Origin: Gammaproteobacteria bacterium
GTDB lineage: Bacteria > Pseudomonadota > Gammaproteobacteria > Steroidobacterales > MnTg04
Direction: 5' to 3'
Length of the DNA stretch: 46,479 nucleotides
Assembly: GCA_027292775.1 (NCBI GenBank)
Contig: JAPUGL010000073.1
Coordinates: 1 to 46,479 of the forward strand
Shown here: positions 1 through 8,370 of the stretch, piece by piece
How positions within the stretch are numbered: position 1 is the stretch's first letter
Layout: every line of letters starts with the position of its first letter
Program-made: the position numbers and the translations under genes
Notes under the pieces: model-generated
The model's input: the letters and a program-made list of their open reading frames with translations, nothing else
The model's database searches: none
Told to the model about the DNA's origin: nothing

Positions 1-1910
1 GCGAGATCGCTACCGACCGTAGCAGTGACATTCGCCACGCCGATTGAGGCGAGGGAATTTACGGGTTGGACAATGGTTTTTTGCTGACCTGGCGCGAATG
101 TATCCAAAAGACAAGTCAGCATTTGATCATCGGGTGTCGTACACGCCGGGTCGAGCTGCCCTGGCGTTACCGTCAGCAATCCACCGAGGTCGATGAGCAA
201 TTGGGTGTTGGTTGCCGCCTGGGGGCCGGTATTCACAGCCGAACCGGTAACAGTGGTGCTTTCGTTGCTGCGAATAAACGAATTCGCCTGGGTGACCGAC
301 ACCACAAGATCGGCTGCCGGTAGAATCTCGATAGTGCCATTTTGCATGTTGTTACTGGGGTCGGTATCGACGTCCGAGTTCACCATCGCGCTGACATTGA
401 AGCTGCCCGGTGTCGTGCCGGTGACTGCTACGGTCAGCGTCGCCGAGCCGCCGCTATTGAGTTGCAACGTCTGGCAGACGAGCGGGTTAGCCGGCGGGCA
501 GGTGAACCCCGGCATGCGAACATTACTGATGGCCAGCCCAGGGTCCACAGTCACGGTAACAGACGGGTTGCTGGCCGCGGTTTGGCCGATATTATCAACC
601 TGAATGACATAATCGAAAGCGGGTCCGGCCAATTCGCTGACATTGGTATCCGCTATCGAAACCGTCATATCCGCCGGACCCAGCAGGGTCAGGCATGAGG
701 CGGTCGCCATTGTCGTCTGTATCTCCTGGATGCTGCAGGCGGAAAATTGGTTACTGCCATTAAAACTTGAATCCATCAGGAAGCCAGTGCCGGTACCGCC
801 ACAGGCCCCGCCGGCGTCGCCGTCGTGCGGAGCGTCGAAGTTGTGACCGATTTCATGGGCGGTGACCAGGTAATTGGGATTGGGTCCGTTGATCGCCTGG
901 GTCAGTGATACGCCGAACTGAGGGCTACACACACCCGGTCGAAAGGCGATGCCCACCGTGGCGCCATCGAGGTTCACGCCGGTAAACAAGTGAACGATGC
1001 CCAGCGGACTCAGAACTGGATCAGTACAAACGGGAGGTGGGTTTTGTAATTCGCACTGATCAGATGCACCACACTTGTAGCATGCCACATCGTCAATCAG
1101 CTCCGAGGCGTCGCTGGTAGCGGCGAAGGTTGTGCCGAACGGATCGTCCATGGCGTCATCAAACAGGCGCAATTCCACCAGGTTGATCTGTACGCCGAGC
1201 TGGCTTTCGTATATGCCATCGACGCTGTTGACGCGGTCGATGAGACCGTTCAACGCTAAATTGCCGAGCACGCTGGCGTACTCAAAATCGCCCAGTGCCG
1301 CGATATCCAGCCGAAAATGGTCGCCGCCGTGGAGCATGATTTTTTCCCTGAGTTCGGCGGTCAGAAAGTCCAGCTGGCGCTCGGTGTTCAATTCTTCCAG
1401 GCGCGGGTGCGCGCGCACGATATCGCTGAATAGATTTTCTGTGTCGGCCCAGCGAAATATGGCGGGCCCGTAGGTTTGAATTACCGTTGGCGTGGTACTG
1501 GACAAAGCCACCTCGGGTCCCGGCCCGATTACGAACATCTCCTGTCCATCCCAGATCAGCCCGCGTATTTCGCCGGCACTGCGGGTCAGCCGTACCCAGG
1601 AGCCGGGCACCTGGTCAAGCTGGCCGCGAAGGATTTCGGTGCCCCGCAGGATTTCCTCCCGTCGGTTTTGCGGAAGGCCGGCCAGCAGCCGGTTGTTGTC
1701 TTGCAGACGCAGATGAAAACCACGTCCAAGCGCGTGAAAGCGAATGGATCGACCGGCCAGGCGTGCCGGTTCTCGCAGCCCCTCGGACAGTACGGGTTCG
1801 TAATGCAAAATCCTAAAGCTGCCGTCATCGGCGGTGCGGCCGGCGGCGAAACTGTTGGCCGTAATCAGCAGAAAGGCGCCGCAAAGTGCGGCCAGTCGAA
1901 GATTGATCAT
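1..1910 (-). CDS. Secreted reprolysin-like (M12B-type) zinc metalloprotease with C-terminal DUF11/CARDB-like repeats; 3' end runs off the window
   Basis: My own reverse-strand translation from the ATG at 1910 is stop-free down to base 1. It is absent from the ORF track because there is no in-window stop. N-terminus MINLRLAALCGAFLLITANSFAAG looks like a signal peptide. Zinc motif HEIGHNFDAPHD lies at 822-857. A Cys-rich stretch (CYKCGASDQCELQNPPPVC) precedes it. The C-terminal part has repeats of the type ADLVVSV...VNTGPQAATN. Confidence 0.75.
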   Translation of the reverse strand, partial: MINLRLAALCGAFLLITANSFAAGRTADDGSFRILHYEPVLSEGLREPARLAGRSIRFHALGRGFHLRLQDNNRLLAGLPQNRREEILRGTEILRGQLDQVPGSWVRLTRSAGEIRGLIWDGQEMFVIGPGPEVALSSTTPTVIQTYGPAIFRWADTENLFSDIVRAHPRLEELNTERQLDFLTAELREKIMLHGGDHFRLDIAALGDFEYASVLGNLALNGLIDRVNSVDGIYESQLGVQINLVELRLFDDAMDDPFGTTFAATSDASELIDDVACYKCGASDQCELQNPPPVCTDPVLSPLGIVHLFTGVNLDGATVGIAFRPGVCSPQFGVSLTQAINGPNPNYLVTAHEIGHNFDAPHDGDAGGACGGTGTGFLMDSSFNGSNQFSACSIQEIQTTMATASCLTLLGPADMTVSIADTNVSELAGPAFDYVIQVDNIGQTAASNPSVTVTVDPGLAISNVRMPGFTCPPANPLVCQTLQLNSGGSATLTVAVTGTTPGSFNVSAMVNSDVDTDPSNNMQNGTIEILPAADLVVSVTQANSFIRSNESTTVTGSAVNTGPQAATNTQLLIDLGGLLTVTPGQLDPACTTPDDQMLTCLLDTFAPGQQKTIVQPVNSLASIGVANVTATVGSDL

Positions 1911-2255
1911 CGTGTCCCAGAATCCAAATAAAGGCGGACTATCACCCGACCCAGGCAATCCAGTAAACCACCGAAGTCACGATTACCACAAAATATGGGC
2001 CGCAGAGGCCTTCCCGGCTATCATAAATATATTCGACCGCAAGTCGCGGTGAATTATTCGGTTTTTTTGCCGTTATTTGGAGATTTATGTCAAGCGGATG
2101 GCCCGGCTATTCGTGGTGAGCGATTGCGCAGCGAGGCCTGATCGATGCTTCGGCCGTAATTTTCGCCGACTGGTGTGAAACTCCAGCGATTGTTTTTGTC
2201 TAATCTCAGTGTTAACAAGGCCTATTTGAAAGAGCCGATAACGGGGGATGAGGGG

Positions 2256-3095
2256 ATGCCAGCCTGGCGCATGAGTCTGGGTATTCTATTGGCCGTGCTT
2301 TCGGTCACCGGTTGCGGAACCTCCAGGCAGCTGCACGAAGCCGCCAGCTATGGAGATTACCGGCAGGCCGAATTTCTGATCGATACCGGAGCCAGGGTCA
2401 ACTGGAGAGATTTTGCCGGTGAAACTGCCCTGCACAAGGCCAGTTTTGAAGGATACGCAGATATTGCGGAATTGTTGCTGGAAAGCGGCGTCAGCCCCAA
2501 TGCCAGGACTTATAACGATAGATACACAGCGATGCATTATGCGGCGTTGAATAACAAGTCGGATATCGTCGAAGCGCTGGCCGAATATGGCGCGAGAATC
2601 GATTCTAGGGATAAGCAGAAACGAACGCCGCTATACGTGGCGGCCGGGCAGGGTCACGCCGAGGTGGTTTCCGTACTGCTCGATCATGCGGCCGACCCCG
2701 AAGCAAAGGCGAAAAAGAAATTCGTGCCACTGCACGCCTGCGCCTATTCGGGCGATACTGAGAGCGCGGCGCTGTTGATAGAGGCCGGGGCATCAGTCGA
2801 TCGGAGGGACAAACGCGGCTACACGCCCCTGCATTGGGCGGCTAGTGCGGACGAATACGACATGGTCGTTTTCCTGGTCGGCAGGGGCGCGAATGTCAAT
2901 GTAATGGGCAAGGATCACTCAACATCTCTGGAGTGGGCGCTGAGAAACAGGAGCGAGCGCATGGCCCGCTTTCTGATAAGCAGCGGCGCCGTTTTCGACG
3001 TGAGAACGGCTAGTATCCGGCTGAGAATGCGGACTGCCGATGTCGAACGGCTGGCCGGACTGCCTTCCAGTTCGGAAGCTGGCCCAAGCGAGTAG
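2256..3095 (+). CDS. Ankyrin-repeat lipoprotein
   Basis: At least five tandem ANK-like units are visible (TALHKASFEGYADIAELLLESGVSPNA, TAMHYAALNNKSDIVEALAEYGARIDS, TPLYVAAGQGHAEVVSVLLDHAADPEA, VPLHACAYSGDTESAALLIEAGASVDR, TPLHWAASADEYDMVVFLVGRGANVNV). A signal peptide with lipobox LSVTGC is present. I chose the ATG at 2256, preceded by GGGGATGAGGGG, rather than the track's GTG at 2175. Confidence 0.8.
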   Translation: MPAWRMSLGILLAVLSVTGCGTSRQLHEAASYGDYRQAEFLIDTGARVNWRDFAGETALHKASFEGYADIAELLLESGVSPNARTYNDRYTAMHYAALNNKSDIVEALAEYGARIDSRDKQKRTPLYVAAGQGHAEVVSVLLDHAADPEAKAKKKFVPLHACAYSGDTESAALLIEAGASVDRRDKRGYTPLHWAASADEYDMVVFLVGRGANVNVMGKDHSTSLEWALRNRSERMARFLISSGAVFDVRTASIRLRMRTADVERLAGLPSSSEAGPSE

Positions 3096-3163
3096 CCTGC
3101 CGCAGCAGCAGATTAGCCCTGAGTCCGACAGGCTGCTAGCATTCTTTCTATGGAAACCAACAT

Positions 3164-3763
3164 ATGAAGAAAGTGGGCCGATTTGTTGTTGCAGCGAGCT
3201 TGTTGTGGGTGATGGTCTTGCCGGTGCAGGCCGAATATGTCACGGATGAATTGCAACTGGGCCTTCATCTGGCAGAGGATACCAGCGATACGCCATTTCG
3301 GACGCTGGTCAGCGGCACTGAGCTTGAAATACTCGAACGCAATCGTTTCTATGCGAAAGTTCGCACGAATACTGGTGAAGAGGGCTGGGTCAAGGCGGGT
3401 TATCTGGTCAGCGCCAAACCGGCAGCGGCGCGAGCCATGGAGCTGGAAGCGTCGAACGCTGATATCACGGCCCGCCTTGAAAAGGTCTTGGCGCAGACCT
3501 CGGATGTCCGGCAAACCATTGCCGACCTCGAGAGCGAGCTGGCGAAGGCAAAAGAAGAAGGGGCCATTGCTGCCGAGACAGCGAGCGGGCTGGAGATCGA
3601 AAACAGCCAGTTCAACGAGCGCATGGCTAATTTTCGTGGCAGCGTACCGGTGCGCTGGGCCTTTTTGGCGACCGGCCTGATGGTACTGGTTGGCTTCTTT
3701 GCCGGTTTTCTGTGGTTCGATCACCGCAGCAGAAAACGCTATGGCGGGTTCCGGGTCTACTGA
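3164..3763 (+). CDS. Bacterial SH3-domain protein with coiled coil and C-terminal TM anchor (YgiM/TIGR04211-like)
   Basis: Signal peptide (VLPVQA/EY), then an SH3b-like segment (GWVKAGYL), an Ala/Glu-rich coiled coil, and a C-terminal TM helix followed by the basic tail HRSRKRYGGFRVY. Confidence 0.75.
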   Translation: MKKVGRFVVAASLLWVMVLPVQAEYVTDELQLGLHLAEDTSDTPFRTLVSGTELEILERNRFYAKVRTNTGEEGWVKAGYLVSAKPAAARAMELEASNADITARLEKVLAQTSDVRQTIADLESELAKAKEEGAIAAETASGLEIENSQFNERMANFRGSVPVRWAFLATGLMVLVGFFAGFLWFDHRSRKRYGGFRVY

Positions 3764-4599
3764 TCGGGGATTTCCTGGCTTTCCGTAAACTCGGGCAGGC
3801 CAAATATTTTCTTTCTCTGCCGGTCGAGCCGAGCTCCGTACAGCGGCATGATGATCGCCAGAAATGAGTAAATCATCGGGGCGAACACCACGTCTTTGTC
3901 GGGTAGCACGCCCGCCAAAAGGGCCGAAACCCCGCCAAAGCCGGTCAGTATCAGCCAGGCTCCGTATTCCCCCCGGGTCAGAAATATTTCCTCCGGCCTT
4001 AGCCGGAGTCGGTAAGCCTGCCTGAAGGCATGATAGTTGAGGAATGCAACAAGGCCGCACATCACCATGAATCCCAGCCCATAAATAATGAACAGTGTCC
4101 TGAGGTCATAATATGAATTGATCTCAAAGCTGGTCGTCAGCCAGCCATCGCTGATCCAGCTGAACATTCCGCCAAACATGATTCTGAGCGGGTAAACAAA
4201 AACCATAATCAGGAAAACAAAAAGCAGGCTGAGCAGCACCGCGGTTAAATCTTCGAGGGCAAAACGCCGGCTCCATGTTCGGTGGGCGATCCAGAACATC
4301 ATAATTTGCGCGAAACTGGCGGCGAATCCTGGCGTGCCTTTCAGTGCATCGACCAGTTCCTCGATATTTCCAGGCAATGTATCGAAAGAGATCACCAACA
4401 GGGTCAGTGCGAACGCAAACGCGGCGTCAATGAAGGTGTCCAGCCGCGTAACCTCAAGACCCCTGAGGCTGAATCCGCTGCGGTCGCTAGGTAAGTCCCC
4501 GGGTATGGATTGGCCGGTCACAACAGGGCGATCGCCCGGATCGCCGGTGCATAGGTCGGCAAACCGCCGGTGAGCTGTCTCATCAGGTATTGCTCCCAA
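3757..4599 (-). CDS. TMEM175/DUF1211-family membrane protein (putative K+ channel homolog)
   Basis: The motif RLDTFIDAAFAFALTLLV matches the family signature RLxxFSDGVFAIAITLL. Multiple TM helices follow. The start is uncertain: the track start is TTG and there is a long non-hydrophobic N-terminus. Confidence 0.7.
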   Translation of the reverse strand: MGAIPDETAHRRFADLCTGDPGDRPVVTGQSIPGDLPSDRSGFSLRGLEVTRLDTFIDAAFAFALTLLVISFDTLPGNIEELVDALKGTPGFAASFAQIMMFWIAHRTWSRRFALEDLTAVLLSLLFVFLIMVFVYPLRIMFGGMFSWISDGWLTTSFEINSYYDLRTLFIIYGLGFMVMCGLVAFLNYHAFRQAYRLRLRPEEIFLTRGEYGAWLILTGFGGVSALLAGVLPDKDVVFAPMIYSFLAIIMPLYGARLDRQRKKIFGLPEFTESQEIPDQ

Positions 4600-4733
4600 T
4601 CGAGTGCATCGGTACGCACGGGCGCCTTAATATAAGGGCCGCAGGCAAGAGTATAGCTCATTCTGGTGCTACGCCTGGCAAAGCTCCGTAGATCAAAAGC
4701 CTTTTCATACCCATACCGACAAATTATTTTGTC

Positions 4734-4761
4734 TTGACAGAATAAATTATCGGTAGATAAT
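4734..4761 (+). promoter_or_regulatory. Sigma70-like promoter upstream of the ArsR-type regulator gene
   Basis: TTGACA (4734-4739), 16-nt spacer, GATAAT (4756-4761), about 30 nt upstream of the ATG at 4793. Confidence 0.4.
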
Positions 4762-4792
4762 CAAAAACGCATATCCACCAGGGAACGTAACC

Positions 4793-5401
4793 ATGAGACA
4801 GGAATTAATGGTCGTTTCGGACAAGCGGACGATGGCGTTGCTGGCAAACCCGCTAAAGGCGGAAATTCTGCGGGAAATGGATCGCCCCCAGACCACGGCC
4901 GAACTGGCTTTACTAATGGGGATGCCACGACAGAAGCTGGGCTACCACGTCAGGCAGCTTGAGGACGATGGATTACTGGTAAGTGTTGGCGAGAGCCGGC
5001 GTGGCAACTGCATTGCGAGGAAACTGCAGGCGGTTGCGCGGCATATCGTGATCAGCAATTCCGACCCGAACGCAACGATCCTGGAGGATCGGTTTTCCAG
5101 TAGCTGGCTGGTCGCGCGATGTGCTACGGCGATCCGGGAAGTCGGCGTCTTGACAATGAATGCGGAGAGCGTCGGGGAAAAACTGCCAACGCTGACCGTG
5201 GACTCGGAAATCGCGTTTGATAATCCGCAGGAGCAACAAGCGTTCGTCCAGGAATTGAGCGAATTAATCACCGCGCTGGTTGACCGCTATGGATCGGCGT
5301 CGTCCGGTGCCAGACGATTCAAGTTTCTTGCCGCCAGCTACCCGAAGTTGTCCGACCAACAGGCAGCTCTGGTCGAAAACACAAAAGGTGGTTCTTCTTA
5401 G
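4793..5401 (+). CDS. ArsR-family winged-helix transcriptional regulator with C-terminal extension
   Basis: N-terminal segment LANPLKAEILREMDRPQTTAELALLMGMPRQKLGYHVRQLEDDGLL is a typical ArsR/SmtB-type HTH. No metal-binding Cys motif is evident. Confidence 0.7.
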   Translation: MRQELMVVSDKRTMALLANPLKAEILREMDRPQTTAELALLMGMPRQKLGYHVRQLEDDGLLVSVGESRRGNCIARKLQAVARHIVISNSDPNATILEDRFSSSWLVARCATAIREVGVLTMNAESVGEKLPTLTVDSEIAFDNPQEQQAFVQELSELITALVDRYGSASSGARRFKFLAASYPKLSDQQAALVENTKGGSS

Positions 5402-5471
5402 GACCACACACTGGTTGGCGGCTGGGAATCCGCGCAGCAGGAACAGTTTCTATCGCGCGGAGTCCCAGCCG

Positions 5472-5888
5472 TCATTGATCCGGCATTTCGAAGGGCTTCT
5501 TGCGCGCCTTTCTGCGCAGGCTATTCAGGGGTCGGGAAATCATCTCCTGCCTGATGAGGGCTTGCTCAAGCCGGTATTTACCCGGAAAATTAACCAGCAT
5601 GATTCCGATCAGGATGGTCAGCAATCCCTGCCCCGGTAATACCGTCATCAGTACTCCGGCAAGAATGAACAACACGCCCAGCAAGTTTTTGACCAGGTTG
5701 ATAATTCCCATCAATACCGGCTGTCCCTTTTTTTGACCGACAGGCTGGCGTCTTTCGCGGACGAAATAGTCCTCTGGCAACTGCAGGACGATCGCCGGCA
5801 GCAGCACGACGACCAGAATCAGGCTGAGAAAGGATGCCAATGCCATCCATGGCAGGTACGGAGTAAAGAAGGAGAGCCAGTCAGTCAT
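5472..5888 (-). CDS. Small integral membrane protein, PGPGW-like
   Basis: Three or four hydrophobic helices. The segment LPGQGLLTILIGIMLVNFPGK resembles the PGPG(W) motif family. Basic C-terminal tail. Confidence 0.6.
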   Translation of the reverse strand: MTDWLSFFTPYLPWMALASFLSLILVVVLLPAIVLQLPEDYFVRERRQPVGQKKGQPVLMGIINLVKNLLGVLFILAGVLMTVLPGQGLLTILIGIMLVNFPGKYRLEQALIRQEMISRPLNSLRRKARKKPFEMPDQ

Positions 5889-5920
5889 GGGCGCAGTATA
5901 TCCGTCAATGATTCGTAGCG

Positions 5921-5952
5921 TAAAAAAAGCCCTCGGCCAAAAACCGGGGGCT
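5921..5952 (-). terminator. Putative intrinsic terminator after the receiver-TonB_C gene
   Basis: The minus-strand RNA reads AGCCCCCGG-loop-CCGAGGGCU followed by a run of seven U. The 8-bp GC-rich stem has one mismatch. It lies about 60 nt downstream of the stop at 6015. Confidence 0.5.
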
Positions 5953-6014
5953 GTCTCTTAAAGTTGAGCCGTATCCAGTGCGAACTTATCGGGCAGGGCT
6001 AAATAGATGGGAAT

Positions 6015-7940
6015 CTACAGATTGAACTGAAGACGTGCCGATACTCGCTGCTCCTGAGGCTCACCGCGGAAAATTTGTGGTTCGAAACGCCATTGAGCGA
6101 CCGCTTCCTGGGTGGCTTTTTCGAAGTAGCCGGTTTTTTTTGCCCCGATTATTTCGATTTCACTGACCTCACCGGCTATCGTGACCGTAAATTCGACGTC
6201 CACCCAGCCCTCGATATTCCGGCGCAGAGCGCGTTTCGGAAATTCGGGTTGCACGAAATTCGTCATTATCATCTGGGTCACCGGGATTACAACGCTGGCC
6301 CGGTGAGCGGCCCAATCCTTTTCCAATCCGGAACGTGCAGCTGAAACGTCTTCGTTGTCGCCGGCGAGTTGTTCCGCCTGCTTCAACAAAGACTCGGCAG
6401 CGGCATATTCCCGCGCCGCGAGGTCTTGCCATATCTGTTCCAGCAGTATGTCGGTCAGTTCACGCGATCCAGCAAGATATGCCCTGCTTTCTGGGTTCAG
6501 TTTTTGCATTTCATTGAGAAAAAAGAGGGCGTTGCCTTTTCGCGGTGCAACCAGACGGTTGTCTGCGATGCTGGCCCGAAATTCCCGGTTCAGGGCGTTT
6601 ACCCGATCATCTATCTGGTTCTCACGTCTTTTCTGCGCGGCCAGTGCGACAGCCCTTTCGCCCATCGCCTTTCGAGCCTTCGAAATACGCGAACGTGCCT
6701 GCCTGATAGAAGATACGCCGGCACCCGGAATCGATTCGGCTTGTCGTAGAGCGTTTTCGGCAGTATCTAGATTTCCATTATCGGTTTCGGTACGAGCTAC
6801 GCTCATGAGTGCCACATATTTCCGGCCAAGGTGGTCTTCAATTTCGGCAATCCCGCCGTAGCTCGAGTTGATCACCTTGACGCGGTCTATCAGGTCCAAT
6901 GCCCGGCCAATTTCACCGCTCGATATCGCGGCCCGGGCGTGTTCCAGTACACCCCCAAGAACGACCTTTTCCATAGCCGGAGGTGTTGCCGAGTCGCCGG
7001 CGGATACTTCGGCCAAAAGACCAAATGCTTGCTCGTATTGGCCGGCGTCGATCGCCCTTCGCGCATTGCTCATGCGTTGTTCCGGTGATGTGGCGCCCAC
7101 GAGGGAGTCGAAAAAAGCCAGACGCGGGTGATCGGGCAGAACATTTCTGATCATGACCAGCGCTTTCGCTGCGCTGGCGGGCCTGTTTTGAAGCAGGTCC
7201 TGTTCGGATTGTGCGAGTACTTCGTCGGCTGCAGCCATAATCCCACGCTGGGCACTGACATTGTCCGGATCCAGGCTCAGAATCTGATAATAGAAATAAA
7301 TCGCGTTGTTATTTTTTGGCTCAAAATATCGCTTTTCTCCCATGGCAGACCTGGCCATATCCAGATGCTCCCCGATCAACACGCGGTGACCAGGGTCAAG
7401 GTAGTCGTCGGGCCCTTCAGTCTTATCGCCAACCCAGGGAATGACGAAAGATACCGACATGAGTACGGCGGCAATGCTGCCGACGATCAATACGGGTTTT
7501 TTCCAGGAGCGCTCAGAAGATTTTTCCACGATGTGGTCGACGCCGCGCATCTGCATCGCCTGTTTGACGGCGGCCTCTATATAAAGTCTGGTCTGTCCCG
7601 GCTGGCATGGTTTGGTGAGTACACGGAATATCTTGCCCTCACTCATCATCTTTTGCAGCAGGGGCTTTTCCCTTGCAGTGCCGGCGATTACCGGGACCAT
7701 GCCTGGTGCTCTACGACTCAATCGTTCGAGTACGGGTGCGGGCTCGCCGGTCAGCAGCTCCGAGTCGGCAATCAAAAGAGCGACTTGGCCTAATTGATCG
7801 AAGTCGAGGGCCTGTTTTAGATTCTTTGCATGGAACAGCGCATAGCGGTCTTCAACGGCGTCCGTGACCTGGCCCAAAAACTCCTGGTCGCTGGATAGCA
7901 TCAGAATCTTGATTTCCGGTTTTTTGCCTGCGATTGCCAC
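6015..7940 (-). CDS. Chimeric protein: N-terminal receiver-like domain, one TM helix, long TPR-like helical region, C-terminal TonB_C domain
   Basis: N-terminus KILMLSSDQ...LLIADSEL...VIAGT...LTKPC follows the CheY-like receiver layout. TM helix VLIVGSIAAVLMSVSFVIPWV. Ala/Leu/Arg-rich repeats follow. C-terminus PEFPKRALRRNIEGWVDVEFTVTIAGEVSEIEIIGA...AVAQWRFEP is a typical TonB C-terminal domain. Confidence 0.7.
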   Translation of the reverse strand: MAIAGKKPEIKILMLSSDQEFLGQVTDAVEDRYALFHAKNLKQALDFDQLGQVALLIADSELLTGEPAPVLERLSRRAPGMVPVIAGTAREKPLLQKMMSEGKIFRVLTKPCQPGQTRLYIEAAVKQAMQMRGVDHIVEKSSERSWKKPVLIVGSIAAVLMSVSFVIPWVGDKTEGPDDYLDPGHRVLIGEHLDMARSAMGEKRYFEPKNNNAIYFYYQILSLDPDNVSAQRGIMAAADEVLAQSEQDLLQNRPASAAKALVMIRNVLPDHPRLAFFDSLVGATSPEQRMSNARRAIDAGQYEQAFGLLAEVSAGDSATPPAMEKVVLGGVLEHARAAISSGEIGRALDLIDRVKVINSSYGGIAEIEDHLGRKYVALMSVARTETDNGNLDTAENALRQAESIPGAGVSSIRQARSRISKARKAMGERAVALAAQKRRENQIDDRVNALNREFRASIADNRLVAPRKGNALFFLNEMQKLNPESRAYLAGSRELTDILLEQIWQDLAAREYAAAESLLKQAEQLAGDNEDVSAARSGLEKDWAAHRASVVIPVTQMIMTNFVQPEFPKRALRRNIEGWVDVEFTVTIAGEVSEIEIIGAKKTGYFEKATQEAVAQWRFEPQIFRGEPQEQRVSARLQFNL

Positions 7941-8245
7941 GTTGTGCCCTATCCTGTACGGATTGTCGTCTGCGCGTGGTCCTCCGGCGTAAAGAAAGCC
8001 AGCGCAGCAGCAGGGCTTCCGTTTCAGACCTGCCGGAATATGGAAAATACCTTTCGCTACGCACTAAAATCTTGACCCAGTTAACAAAATACGGATTTGG
8101 GGCCTAAAAACCGATTTGTTTGGCCTCGACGCAGCCGGTCGGCGCTATTTTTTTGAAAAAGGAGTCTGGGCCCCAAATCGGGTCTGGCGGCTGAAATGGT
8201 TGCTTTGGCCGGGTAATCGCCGACAGGGGCCAGGTTCGGAAAAGA

Positions 8246-8322
8246 TGGTGGGCCCGGTAGGACTCGAACCTACGACCAAAAGATTATGAGTCTTCTGCTC
8301 TAACCAACTGAGCTACAGGCCC
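8246..8322 (-). tRNA. tRNA with CAT anticodon; probably lysidine-type tRNA-Ile2 rather than elongator tRNA-Met
   Basis: The 77-nt sequence GGGCCTGTAGCTCAGTTGGTTAGAGCAGAAGACTCATAATCTTTTGGTCGTAGGTTCGAGTCCTACCGGGCCCACCA folds as a cloverleaf: 7-bp acceptor stem, anticodon loop CTCATAA, T-loop TTCGAGT, encoded CCA. C4:G69 and C5:G68, G27:U43 and variable loop TGGTC match E. coli tRNA-Ile2 as I recall it. Confidence 0.9.
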
Positions 8323-8370
8323 TGGCGGGAACTTATGCGAGCAGTATTATCCGCGGGGTTCCGAAAATTA

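Noticed and set aside
3113-4060. 315-aa ORF on the minus strand
   Set aside because: It lies antisense to the well-supported SH3-protein gene and out of frame with the TMEM175-like gene. The product is Arg/Pro/Gly/Cys-rich and low in complexity, with no motifs. This is typical of a shadow ORF in GC-rich DNA.
7941-8245. tRNA gene as a possible integration site for a genomic island covering 2-8 kb
   Set aside because: I saw no integrase, no direct repeat of the tRNA 3' end, and no mobile-element genes. The flanking genes look chromosomal.
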